From positions 186,001 to 250,000 of the forward strand of contig OZ287070.1 of NCBI GenBank assembly GCA_965645245.1: 64,000 nucleotides of DNA, in the 5' to 3' direction. Positions 1-12,702 of the stretch are shown here, piece by piece (within the stretch, counting starts at the first letter, position 1; each line of letters opens with the position of its first letter). The position numbers and the translations under genes were made by a program. This DNA comes from Massalongia carnosa. Lineage: Eukaryota. The notes beneath the pieces are model-generated. The model saw only the letters and a list, made by a program, of their open reading frames with translations. It was not told where the DNA came from and searched no databases.

Positions 1-2403
1 TTATATGATATACGACAATGAACTCTTAGCCATCGTAAAAAGCTTTGAGGTCTGGCGACCCGAGATTGCCAGTGCAGCCCCAGATAAACCAGTAAAGGTT
101 TACACGGATCATAAGAACTTAAAACACTTCATGACAACAAAGCAACTGAACCGCAGGCAAGCCAGATGGGCGGAATTCCTATCGGAATTCAATTTCAAGA
201 TCACGTATCGGCCAGGAAAACAAGGTGAGAACTAGACACATTAACCCGCCGGTCTCAAGATCTTCCAAAGGGATTGGAAGATAGTCGTCAGCAACATCAA
301 TTTCAAACATTGTTGCAAGAGCATCAATTAGACGACGAGCTACGAAAAGCGTTATCCGCGGTTTTTTGTACAAATACAGCAAACACCAGTATCAACGACG
401 AGAACGAAGACCAAGATAAGCAAAGCGAAACCACCGAAGAGGACATCTCAGAAAGGACAGAGAGGGCCGACAATGAACAAGAACTCGTCGCAAATGAAGG
501 CAGACAGATAGAAGAAAAATCTCTAGAAGAACATATAGAAGAAGCTTATGAAAAAGACGAAGTAGTCCAAGACATAATATCAGCAAAAAGAAGGAATTAA
601 GAAAACTCCCACTAAACCTCATAAAAAGAGGGATAAAGCTAGCCATGGGAGACCTTAAGCTGGAAGATCACAGGCTATATGTCAAGGGAAGATTATATAT
701 CCCAAACCATGAGCCCTTACAGTTATATCTTTTAAAAAAACCATCACGGACCGTCCTTAAAAGGCCATCCAGGATATAAAAGCATGCATCAAATCATGAG
801 AGAAAACTACTTCTGGTTTGAAATGAAAGATCATTGCAAACGATATGCGGTGAACTGCTCTGTCTGCCGAAGGTCCAAAGCGTATAACGATAAAAAGCAA
901 GTTTTATTGAATCCTCTCCCTATACCGAATAGAAAATGGACAGATGTTTCATTGGACTTCGTCGAATTCCTTCCGGAATGCCGCAGACGAAATAGAGTAT
1001 ATCAGCACATATTGGTAGTCATAGATCGTTTGACAAAAGGACATTTATACGAACCTTCAACATCTCTTTCTACGGACGAATTAATGGATGCTATGGCTCG
1101 AAGATTATTCTCGTCTTATGGGTTTCCTATATCCACGGTTAATGATAGAGGAAGTCGTTTAACAGCACACTTGTGGAAAAGAGTCTGCGAAAGATACGGG
1201 ATAAAAATCAAGTTTTCGTCAGCGTATCATCCAGAGACAGACGGTCAGACAGAAAACGCCAACAAAGTAATGAAGAATTACCTCAGAGCCTACGTCAATT
1301 ATACTCAAGACAACTAGGTAGATTACCTAGCAGACGCCGAATTCGCCGCCAACAATCAAGTAAACGTCTCAACCGGAATGACACCTTTCTTCGCGGATCA
1401 CGGCTTTAACCCGCGGAGTGGGATAGAACCGCCAGGCCACTATGAAGGAAAAAGCAAGGCCGAAGTATTACACGCCGATAAGATTATAAAACGTCAGGAA
1501 GCAATGCGAACATGGCTAAGAGATCAGTTAGCATGGGCTCAAGAAGAACAAGCGCGGCATGCGAACAAAGATCGCCAGCCGCATCCAGAATACAAGGTAG
1601 GAGACATAGTATATGTTAATGCTAAACATTTTGCATCCGAGCGCCCGAGCAGGTCTCTAGGATTCAAAAACGCAGGCCCATGGAAGATAATCAGAATTAT
1701 CGATAATAAGGCATACCAACTAGAAATTCCAGACCAATTAAGGAACGTAGGACTTACACCAATCTTCCATCCATAGAAACTCCACCTCGCGCCGTCCGAC
1801 CCTTTCCCAGGACAAATTCTTCCGCCAGGCCCACCTATCTCGATAACAGGAAACGATGAGGAAGAATCACATGAAGAATGGGAAGTCCTAGAAGTAGTAG
1901 ACTGCCGTGAGGCAAGAAAACTCGAAGTTCAATACAAAGCCACGTGCGTGGGAAATTGGACGAATGGAACGCAAATCCCTACTGGCAATCGTGGACTGAC
2001 TTCAAGAATTCACCGGATAAAGTGCTTCAATATCATAGAGAGCACCCACAAAAACCCAAAACCCCGGAGGGTTTAACAAAGATTAATTGATATTATTAAC
2101 AGGTTGATTTCGACTCGATGTCGAACCTTATTATGACGAAATTGTGCTTGGCAGAGCGACTGCCAATTAGCGCATCGGAGACCTCGCCAATAAAAGGGAG
2201 GGGTAGTGTCAGGGTCCTAGCCTGACATAGGAACATGCTTAGCGCCAGTTATGAGGGAAAGGGGGATCACGGGATCACGTGCACTAGCGCGACCCACGGT
2301 GATAATATCTTCGTCAAGGGCGCACAGTAATTTCTCTTTTCCTCTTTGTAGATAAATTTTGGTTCAATAGCGGTTGATTAGAATCGACGACAGCTTCCTT
2401 ACA
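1..2403 (+). mobile_element. 3' part of a degenerate Ty3/Gypsy chromovirus (RNase H, integrase, chromodomain, PPT, 3' LTR)
   Basis: RNase H ([25 protein letters not shown]), integrase (SLDFV..VNDRGS..SAYHPETDGQTEN), GPW motif and chromodomain EEWEVLEVVD (~1870-2060). Broken by stops and frameshifts. PPT aaaagggaggggtag precedes the LTR. Confidence 0.93.
2207..2403 (+). repeat. 3' LTR of the Gypsy element (~197 bp)
   Basis: Starts TGTCAGG right after the PPT and ends CCTTACA; related to the LTR at 37056-37257. Confidence 0.75.
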
Positions 2404-2713
2404 GTGCCGAAGCGATGGCATCAGACTCGAAACACGATTATAGCTTAAAAAGCTAACCGGCTCGACCAACTAACGTAACCCACCACTGCTTTGGGCACCA
2501 GAATATCTAAATACCCTCATCGTCATCATCAATGGGAAGCGACAATAATGATGAATTAAATAAATCTGAATAGCCTCGTCGCTCGAAAACAGTCTGATCA
2601 TCACCCGAGAGTAATTACAGTCCCGTGCCAAAAGTCTGCGGCCCAACCCGTAATTTTCGTGATTTCCCGTTTTCAACTCATCAACCCCCAATCTTCCACC
2701 TCATCATTTCATC

Positions 2714-3799
2714 ATGCTTCGTGCTTCTTTGACCCCCATAAGTGGTAATCGGCCTCGTAACACTGAATTGACGTCATATCAACGTGGTATGATTGTTGGG
2801 GCCCAGGCGTTGGGGCACACACCGACCGAGATTGGGAAGACTCTTAATTTCACTAAATCGACCGTGCAGAGCACCATTCAGAAGCACTCAATTCGCAACG
2901 ACGGCGTGTCTAAATCACGTTCTGGACGGCCTGAAGTGCTGTCAGAACGCGATCGACGTTATATCATCAAGCATGCACGAATCAATCCACGAATCACTTA
3001 TGCACAAATCAAACTAGAAGTGGGGCTCGGCTGCAGTCGTACGACTATTTATCGGGCACTCAAACAGTATGGTTTAACCAACTGGGTGGCTAAAAAGCGA
3101 CCTTTATTGACGCCTGAGGTGGCCAAGAAACGATTGGATTGGTGCTTGCTGCGGCGTGAGTGGACTTTTGAGCAGTGGTCAAGAGTTATATGGTCAGATG
3201 AGTGCTCGGTGGAAAAGGGGTCAAGAAAACAGCGTCAGGGGGTGTTCAGATTGCCGAAAGAAAAATAGAATAAAGAGATGATACAACCTGTCCCCAAAGG
3301 CAAAGGAGTCAGTGTCATGGTCTGGGCAGCTTTTTGGGGAGATGACAGGTCAGATCTTTACAAATTGGCTCGTGATTTTGCTGCGAAGAAGATGGGGTAC
3401 TCGGCGAACTCATATATGGGATTATTGAACGATAATCTGCTTGGAATTTGGCAACCAGGCCTCATTTTCATGCAGGATAACGCACCTATACATAAGGCTA
3501 AAAAGGTGATGGAATTGTTCAATGAGAACGGCATAGAGGTCATCGATTGGCCCCCCTATTCACCTGATTTAAATCCTATCGAGCACGTTTGGTATGTGCT
3601 CAAAAAGCTCGTCTATCAAGTCAACCCGAACATAGATTTGGTGAGCGGCAGTGATGAAACTGTTCGTGAGGTTCTTTGGAAAGCGTTAGAAGAAGCCTGG
3701 ACGTTGATAGATGTGAAAATGATGAGGAGGTTAATAGAGAGCATGAATAGGAGGATAAAAGCGTGTATAGCGTCGGAAGGATAGTATACTAAATATTAA
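2714..3799 (+). pseudogene. Tc1-type DDE transposase with in-frame TAG stops
   Basis: HTH N-terminus, VIWSDE, FMQDNAPIH, WPPYSPDLNPIE. TAG codons at 3266 and 3782 sit where Trp is expected. Confidence 0.9.
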
Positions 3800-3891
3800 A
3801 AATCAATTTTTGGGGGAATTCGTGTTTAGTATGTATGTAATCATTATGTAAAGTTTCAAGACATTTCAGCAATCGTGACGTGGTTGATTGT

Positions 3892-4331
3892 TGTCAAGGA
3901 CTGGGTTGGGAAATGAACTAATGTTCCTAGGAATTGGATTGGATGATCAAGATGTCTTTATTAATGAGGCTATAGCTAGGAGGTGGTTTGCTATACAAGA
4001 CGTCGGACGAGGAGTCAGCTATCTACTGGATATTTCCTCTTTTTATACCTGAGCCAGCCCCTTCTTTCTCATGTTTTACCTTCACCCTAGATGAGAGATT
4101 TGGGTGATGGTGGCGGCGATAAGGTGGAGCGATAAGTGGGCCAGTGGATGTGATCCTTCTAGCGATAAGAGGGTGTAGTGGAGTGAGGAGATTGGTGGAG
4201 TGGAGTAAGGGGTTTATTCAGACTCATACCGAGGATGAATCTGAATAGGCTTTCAGGTGGCTTTTACCTCGATCGCCGCTTGGCGGTTCGGGGTAATCAA
4301 TTGGGTTTAACTCAAACTTTATTTCCTGGCA
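3892..4331. mobile_element. Solo LTR inserted in the 3' part of the Tc1 element
   Basis: TGTCAAGG...CCTGGCA termini, 5-bp TSD ATTGT (3887-3891 / 4332-4336). First ~130 bp match the reverse complement of ~35468-35600. Confidence 0.85.
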
Positions 4332-4624
4332 ATTGTTGATTGAATAGAATGATTGAAATGTTGGTGGGGTGCGGGGCCGCAGACTTTTGGCCTAGTACTG
4401 TACATCCCCAACCCCCCTTCTATTACCATCCGAAAAACCTCGTCGTTGAACTTCCACTCTCAAGATTTATGTCTTCATAAATCAGGACTTCCCTCCCTCA
4501 CCACCGGCCTGATAAAATAAGGCGCGTTCAAACTCGACCCGTAAAGACTCGGAGATGCTTTCAAAGAACGAGCTTGCGGGGTAGGCGAATTTCATACAAA
4601 ATTCAATTGTGTTTGAGTGGTATT

Positions 4625-5846
4625 TCAGGTAAACTTCTTCTTACTTTGAGAGGTAAATGGAGCATTTATATACAAATTATCTCTTCTTCTTTTCGATGGT
4701 CCTTGATTTGACATCTTCAACCTCTTTTCCTTCTCCTTCTGCACGGCCTTTGTCATTCGTTCACGCTTACGTTCAGTCTTCAGTTCATCCTCTTTCTTTT
4801 TCTTCTCAGCCTGAGCGGCAAATCGTTTGATTCTTTCATCTTTCTTTCTTTCAGCATCCTTCTTCTTTTCAGCAACGTTCATCTTTCTAGTCTCAACGGC
4901 CTCCTTTCTCAGACGAGTGATCTCTGATTTCTCCTTCTCTTTTATGCGATATGCCTCGGCCTGAGCCTCGGTGAGATCACGTCCGAAAGCGCTATCATAA
5001 GTAGCCCTTTTCCCTGCCTCTTTTCTCTTTTTCTCTCTCTTTTTCTTGGCCAGATTCGCTTCGAATAATGACTGAGTAGAGTCTTGAAGAAGTGTTCGAT
5101 CTGCGAAGGCGATAGCAGTTGCTCTTTTGAGACGCCGAAGCCGGTCTTGATGTGATTTGGGTATGAAAATTTCCAATGAATTTAACCTAGCAGAGTAATC
5201 GCGCTTGTTAGAAGGAATTCTATCCAAAGATTTGTTCGAAAATGAACTGTTGATGAAGATGGAGGTGGAGGTGGAGGTCAAGGGAAATACGATTGAACTC
5301 GAAGGGGCTGAAGGAACCGCTTGAAGAAATTGTAATTTTTCAATTACTCGCTGCGGGTCAAAAGAATAAATACCTGAACTTGATAGCAAAACATTAAGAA
5401 AAGAATGTTACTTTTATTCACCTGTTGCAGCCCAAGCTGACATGATTACATCGAAAGTCATGACCGTTTCCCTTGCCCTCTTTAGAAACTTCAGATAATT
5501 CAATTTATTCACGTACACCTTTCCGAATTTATTTCGCTCGTTCAGCTGTTTTTTGTATGCTTTGTCCAGAGGTACAATAAATTCTACGTTCAAAGGCTGA
5601 AGAAAATGGGTGGTATGAGGTGGAAGATAGAGCGGAATTATATCCACTGACCAGCAGTACTCGATAAAATCAACAGAGACATGAGACGCATACCCGTCAA
5701 TCAGAAGATGTCGTCGGCCTTTCAAATGAACTGTCTGAGGATTGAAACACTCTCTTACCCAGGTCAGTCCATGACTGTTGTCAGTCGAGCCATTCTTGCT
5801 AACGGCAAAGGTTGCTTCGAGAACTTCCTCCTTTCAGGTTTTTACT
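4625..5846 (-). pseudogene. pogo/Fot1-type (DDE_1) transposase, 5'-truncated at the Gypsy repeat
   Basis: LLIDGYASHVS..LYLPPHTTHFLQPLNV motif, charged coiled-coil C-terminus, probable 48-nt intron at 5374-5421. Confidence 0.85.
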
Positions 5847-6048
5847 TGTCAGGTCACGCACGTCCTGACATAAGCGAATCGGTAGTTATAACCGATCTCC
5901 GATCTCTAACTAGGACACGGCTCGTGTTCATAATCTTCTTTTCATTGTACCAATCATAATCACTTTAATTAAATCAACGGACTGGTGACCCTAGAAGTGG
6001 GGCTATAGGATAAAGACCTGATCGCCCACTTCTTTCGAGGGAAATGGT

Positions 6049-9000
6049 TCATGCCTTCGATTTTATTTTCTTCCTCGTAGGAGTTCTGGACGGTTTTTCC
6101 GGATATTGATTATGATAGGAATTAATTAATTCCTGTGATCCTTCCATGTCTTCGACGGATAACCATCGATTATCCGTATCAGAAAATCCCATCTATTTCA
6201 CCAGATATTGGAGTTTTCCATAGTGAATTCTACTATCCAGCACCTGTTCTACCTCGCATTGTTCTTCCCCTTCTACTTCTATGGGTAGAGGTGGTTCAGA
6301 TATTTTGTTCGGGTCATATCTATAAGGTTCCAATAGGGAAACATGGAACATATTATGAATGCCCTTCAATAACGGGGAAAGTTGGAGTTTGTAGGTTTGT
6401 TTTCCTATAGGAGAGACAATTTCGTATGGCCCGTAATAATTGTAGTCCAGTTTTTTGGACGGACGACTGGATTTAATATTTTTTGCGTTCAGGAGGACTT
6501 TATCACCCACATTATACGTCTTGGGAATATGTTTCTGATCATAATATCTAGCCTGGGTACTTGAAGCTGTTTGTAATAATATCTCCAGGTGTTTTATTTT
6601 GTCTATTATGTCAGTGGCCAGGACGCGTGCAGCAGGAACCTCGGACCCCTTTTCAGTCAGAATTTCGTCTTCCCATTTGGGCGCTTCTCCAAATATAGCT
6701 TCGAAGGGGGTCATTTTTATGACACTATGTAAGCTATTATTATAAGCGAACTCTACCAAGGGTAACCAGTAAGTTAGTCATCCTGTTGATAATTGACGTA
6801 GCATCGTAAATATTGTTCCAGTGTCTGATTTTGTGTCTCGGTTTGACCATCTGTTTGTGGATGAAAGGCTGTACTGTAACTGAGTCGAATTCTCAAATGA
6901 TAACAGAAATGAGACAAGTACTTTGAGGTGAATAAACTACCCCTATCCGAGACAATAGACACTGGCATACCGAATTTGGTAAATATTTCTTCCACTAGGA
7001 CGTCAGCCATGATTTCAGCATTCCAGTCCTTTCGTGCGGGAATATATCGAGAATATTTCGTATACCGATCTACCATGACAAGAATCGCATCATAGGCCAC
7101 GGTTCGGCGGAGACTCGGGGGCAGATCCGTTATAAATTCCATCGTCCAATTTTGTCTAGGCCCTTTTGGTACGGGTAGGGATTCTAATAACCCGAAGGAC
7201 TTATGTCTGGACGATTTGACTTGATGACAACGAGTACACGTTTCCACATAATACTTGATGTCGTTGACTATTTCGGGCCAATAATATTTCCTCTGGATCA
7301 ATTCCAACGTTCTGGAATAACCAAAGTGGCCCGCATTGGGATCATCATGATTCTGCCGCAAAAGTTCAGCACGTAATAGACCAGGGGGAATATACCACCT
7401 ATTGTCCCTGCATAGGATATTATCCTTCATGTGCCATCGGGTTTTTTCTAGGTCTCCTTCGACTTCGCCCCCCGACTCCCGCCCGTCTTGGAGCTGAGAG
7501 CCTGATGAGTCTTCGTTGCCCCCCGATTTATCCCTCGACGCGTCATGTAGTAGTCCTATAGAATTCCGCCCCTCTTGCATCGACGATGCGATGGAGGGCC
7601 GTTTCTTCTGCACTAGTTGATCAGGCTCTTGCAGAATTTGTAAAACGGTGCGTAGTTCTATTGGGGCGGCCCCAAACGCCGAGTCTTTCTCAGAGACATT
7701 TTTTATCTCTTCCCGAGAAATTCCAAACTTCTCATCCGAAGTTTCCACGAGTTTGAGTCCAACTGATTTTAAATTAATCAATTTCTCGTGTAACTGAGAG
7801 GTATCGGAACTACTTCCTGATTTTTTCCCCTTAGTTCTTCCAACAACCGCAAGAATTTCAGGAATTTCGACAATTTCAGCCGAATCAATTCCAATTCCTT
7901 CAGTGGTTCGTTGGGCCTGCGCAGTACTCCGACAATTTTTTTCGACAACGGGTGGACTCATCAAATCGCGATTTGCCCCGTCTGATAATTCATTTATAGT
8001 AGATTCCCAATCCATAGCATCGTCAGCTACTTGAGATTCACCATTCACAAGGGCCATTGTCTAATTTGACGTAATGAGCTCCTCTATCCCACCCCGATTC
8101 CCCTCCGAGACCCCCCCGAATCTTCCAGGAATTATAGCTCCGGCTTGATGAGACAAGTCGTGCCTTTCTTCTATATAATCCGGGCGTCTAGAGGGTCCAT
8201 CGGCTGGATTATGACGACCTGGACGATATTCAATTACGAGATCAAGACTAGAAAGTCTTTCCCACCATCTCGCCTCACGTCTAGATAAATTTTGGGTAGT
8301 AAGAAAGGTACGAAGATTACAATGATCGGTTATTACCCGAATCGAATGTATCGCTCCCTCAAGATAATGTCTCCACTCCTTACATGCTTCAACAATTGCC
8401 AACATTCTGTTTCGCCAACACCGTAGTTTAATTCGGCTGCATGCATTTTTCTTGACCAAAAAGCAATAGGATGCCACTGTCCCGTCGATTCAACCAATTG
8501 TGATAAAATAGCTGAAATCGCGACTCCGGACGCGTCCGTCTCTAATTGTATTTTCCGCATAGGGTCAAAATGCAATAACATGGGAGCGGTGGTAAAAGCA
8601 TGCTTGAGACTACGAAATGATTCGCTTGCTTCTTCGGTGAATGAGAATTTAATATCGAACTTTCTTTCTTTCCCCCTTTTAGTAGCGTCGTTAAGGCGGC
8701 CACAATGCGCGAGAATTCGTTGATAAACCGCCTATAGAAATTTGCAAACCCGAGAAATACTTGAACATCTCGATGATTTTTGGGTTCAGTCCAATTTATA
8801 ATCGTCGCTACCCGAGACGAGTCCATAGATGTACCATTCCGATTTACAATAAATCCCAGAAATTCAATTTCAGTCTGGTCAAAGAGGCACTTGGATAATT
8901 TCACCTGTAGACTGAATTTCCGTAATTTCTCCAGGACTAGTCGGACATGAAATGTATGATCTTTCATCGATTTGGAGAATATCAAAATATCGTCCAAGTA

Positions 9001-10230
9001 CACCACTACAAAGTCGTCTAAATATTCCCGTAGGGCTTCATTTATGTAGGCCTGGAATGACGCAGGGGCGTTGACTAGTCCGAAAGGCATAACCCGGTAT
9101 TCAAATTGACCGTACCTGCATCGAAAAGCCGTTTTCCATTCGTCACCGGCCCGTACCCGGATTTTATGATATGCATCCCGGATATCGAGTTTAGTGAAGT
9201 AGACGGCGCCAACAAGAACATTTAATAGGTTCATGATCAAGGGTAAAGTATATCGATTTTTTATGGTTATAGCGTTCAGTCCCGATAATGAACACATAGT
9301 CTCAGACCAATATCCTTTTTCTTGACGAATAAAATAGGAGCACCGGCCGCTGAAGTGCTAGGAACTATAAATCCTTTGGCCAAATATTCGTCGAGGTACT
9401 CCCGTAATATTTGTAACTCGGTCAAGGATAAATTGTATATTGGACCGAATGGAGGCTGTTTTCCTTCCGTATCGATAGCATGATCCTGAGGTCCATGTTC
9501 AGGCAACTTCTGTGCATTATCTTTCGAAAAGACGTCATGGAAATCTGAATATTTGGAAGGGATTTCATTTGTAACCTCCGTCACCGAACCGACTACGGTT
9601 CCTGCCCGATCGAGCTTCTCGATATCTAAAAGGAATGCCTGAACTCCATCCTTTTCACAAATGTCCCAAATTTTGTCCCTGCTCACTATCGCTACGTCCG
9701 CTTGACTTCTGGTATTTTTACTTCGGGGGGGGGTAACCCCCTCTTCTACACGCCTTTCAGTCTCGAGAGGTAAAATCTCATGCAGATAAGCCCCATCGTC
9801 GCCACTTTTGGTTCGACGAACATGGAACAATTTGCGCTCATGCCAGCGGATAACCGGGTCCAACCAATTTAACCAGGGTAGGCCTAGTATCATATCCACC
9901 CGGAACATGTCAGCACCTACGAACTTATGTTCCGTTCGATCCTCAATACCCCTACTGTCAACAACCCCAACTAGTAGGGAGTGATTTCGATAGGTACGCA
10001 GAGGTGTTCCATCCAGAGTCTTTAAATCGGACGGCGGTGGCGAGTCGGGGGTGAATCTGATGCCGAGTTCTTTGACCTTGAGTTGTGACACGAAATTCCA
10101 TGTCGAACCGCAGTCAATCATGGCCCGAATTCGTAATATGACTTGTCCTAGATATAAAGTTATCATAGTAAACAAGTGAGTTATTTTTTCACCTCTCTTT
10201 TAACGAGCCAACACAATCGAGGCAATATCG
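6049..10230 (-). pseudogene. Gypsy pol (protease, RT, RNase H, integrase, chromodomain), frameshifted
   Basis: AMIDCGST protease; KLDIRDAY and YLDDILIF RT; ETDASG RNase H; HHCC plus VSDRGS..TDGQTE integrase; GPY; EVEQVLDSR chromodomain. Confidence 0.92.
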
Positions 10231-10237
10231 ATTGATT

Positions 10238-12373
10238 CTAGGCTTTTCCCGCCTTCCTTGTTGGGGCTCGACAGTCAGATTTTTTATGACCCTTCTTAGC
10301 ACAATTCCAACAAGTGATTTTTGGAGAGTCGGTGGTGTCTTCTCGGGGTCGTTTACGACTCGGGGAGGTAACGGCTGCTTGAGCGGGACTAGCCTCGGAA
10401 GTTTCGCTCGTCTTTGAACTCGAGGCCTTGTTGTAGGTCACGGTTGGTTGGTGACTCGGGGCCCTCTGTGTAATACGGATGGCGCTAGAGGGATACGTGA
10501 TCGCCTATGGCGGTTGCGGGATTAACTAGCGTGGACCATGCCGTAGTACGAAGTCGCATAAGCCGTCGAGGCTGACACACTGCCATCTTGCCCCGAAACT
10601 TCGGAGTTATTGTTATCACGTTCTTGACTACTTACAGATCAAACACCTGTCGAGGCCGTGGTGGTAGATTGCCATGGAGTGTAAGGCGGACTCCTGTGGA
10701 GACGCCGAGGAACTCTATATGGGATCTACTGGCCTACTCGGAGCTACTGGATCTCTTGATGGATCAAGAGAGGTAGCAGGAGGCACGGCTCGCTGGACGC
10801 AGCTTGAGCTAGGCTCCCCGGTGTAAACTTCAGCTTCAACCTTTATTACTACGTTGGTAGTGATGTCGGCTGAATGAACCTACATGACCTCGTTGTCTAG
10901 ACCTTGTGTCTAGAGGCAGGTCCGCAGTGTAGCGAGGTATTCAGTCGGAGGTAACCTTCCATCACTAGGTAGTGGTGACGGCGAAATGAAGCTACATAGC
11001 CTGAGGCATGTAGTGAGGGATCTAGCCGGGGGTAGAATTGTTCTACCTTGCAAGGGAAGGTCTAGAAGGCTGCTCAAGGCTGACTAGATGATCCAGCGAA
11101 CGCCGAGTTCGTGGATGGATCCTGAGGGATGGTTGGATGTAATGCGATAAAGTCGGATGTGGATTGCAAGGCTGTAATGCTCGCAAGACTCCCAAGGCTT
11201 GCAAGGCTCCTAAGGTTCCAAGGCTCCCAAGGCTATAGGCTTGGGGTGAGTAGGATAAATATCAGAACGAATCTTGTAGTATTCGTTAGCAATTAGTCTT
11301 TATTCTATGAACAACCTACGTTTGGGTCTCGGACGAGATCTCTTGGTCTAAGCACTTCCACATCCATTAGTTCTTTGGATCACATATACTCTCGGAGACT
11401 AGCACGTAGTAGCTATCTTCCTCCTCTCACGCTGAGCATTTCCCCTTTCGAGATCAGTGTCGCTCGTGATAAGCTTACTGGTCTCGTAGCCCATTACACT
11501 CTGCGGCCTTTCTTCGTTTGTAGATCGATGATTGGGACGAGTGGCGTTCCGAACGAAATCGGGTTTAGGTTCCACTCTTTCTGCTACTCGGGCCGCTTCA
11601 ATTAATGCAAGTCGTGTTGTGCCCTGAGAATTAGCTCGAATAATAGCTCTCTGTAGATAATCATGAAGAGAATGTAGAAGATTAGTATGTCTTTGTTATT
11701 CGTAAGGTATTTCTAGAAGTTGATCTTCCAATGTGTCGAGATAAGAAACTAACTCCGACACTGTTTGTCCTGGTCGTTGTTTTAATTTCTTCAATTTTCC
11801 TCCGAGATCCAATAGACGAAGACGTTTTGGTTTTAGCTTTTCCTAGAGAAAGTCAACAAAATATTTCCATGTAAGAGAAGATTCATCAAGTGTGGGCTTC
11901 TCTCTATGCCAGTCATCTGCTGGAGTTCCTCTAATATAATTCTTCCCATACAAGACCTTTGTTGTATTCCTTTCATAGGTGATGGGTTTTTGATTGAAGG
12001 TACGAAGACATCCTCTGACGAATTGTTCGTAGTCCTTCTGGTTAGTTCCTGTATAGGTCTTTGGGTCAGCAGTCTTGAACGATTTTTCAAGACTCAATGG
12101 GTCGATTTCCTTAGGACGAATAGTCAACGTCGTCGGGAGGGGTTCGGCGGGGAATCCGGCGTCTCTGTCTGCTCTGGCTTTTTCTAGACTAGTAGCCAGC
12201 TGGGCGCGTTGTCTTTGGGCGTTTATCTCATCCAATTCACGTTGCATATCGTCTATGGAGGACAGAGGCGGGTTAGTCGTCCCGGAGTCGGGCGTGTTTT
12301 CCACTGTTTCCGACTCGTTGTTTCCAGAGGAATTACCTCTGACCACAGCTGAAGTCGCACGTCGGGGTGCCAT
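10238..12373 (-). pseudogene. Gypsy gag, interrupted by a 1-kb LTR-type insertion
   Basis: MAPRR start, PKTYTG..WKYFVDFL capsid-like region, zinc knuckle CWNCAKKGHKKSDC. Confidence 0.85.
10469..11498. mobile_element. ~1030-bp solo LTR-like insertion in gag
   Basis: TGTAAT...ATTACA termini, 5-bp TSD CTCTG (10464-10468 / 11499-11503), no convincing ORF, short caaggctcc repeats near 11170-11235. Confidence 0.82.
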
Positions 12374-12414
12374 AGTATCGTCGGGCTGTTACTAGGATAT
12401 AAGACTGATCAAAA

Positions 12415-12702
12415 TGTAAGGGGTCAAGTCTAACAGCGTGACTGCTATATTGATTCGTGATAAATGTACGAATAGAGAGTGGTAAATCAATAAATTAATC
12501 AGTGACCCCTCGAAAGAAGTGGGCGATCAGGTCTTCATCCTATAGCCCCACTTCTTAGGGTCACCAGTCTATTGATTTAATTACAGTGATTATGATTGGT
12601 ACAATAAAAAGGAGATTACGAACACGAGCCGTGTCCTAGTCAGAGATCGGAGATCGGTTATAACTACCGATTCGCTTATGTCAGGACGTGCGTGACCTGA
12701 CA
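12415..12702 (-). repeat. 5' LTR of the Gypsy element (288 bp)
   Basis: Minus strand reads TGTCAGG...CCTTACA and ends ~40 bp upstream of the gag ATG. Confidence 0.8.

Larger units (their letters stand above)
2618..4400 (+). mobile_element. Tc1/mariner (impala-like) DNA transposon
   Basis: 27-bp imperfect TIRs: cagtcccgtgccaaaagtctgcggccc versus right-end reverse complement cagtactaggccaaaagtctgcggccc. TA on both sides; DDE transposase inside. Confidence 0.92.
5847..12702 (-). mobile_element. Ty3/Gypsy chromovirus (gag-PR-RT-RH-IN-chromodomain) bounded by inverted copies of its LTR sequence
   Basis: All domains lie on the minus strand. Full TG..CA LTR at 12415-12702; 5847-6041 is the reverse complement of 12507-12702. 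Confidence 0.9.
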
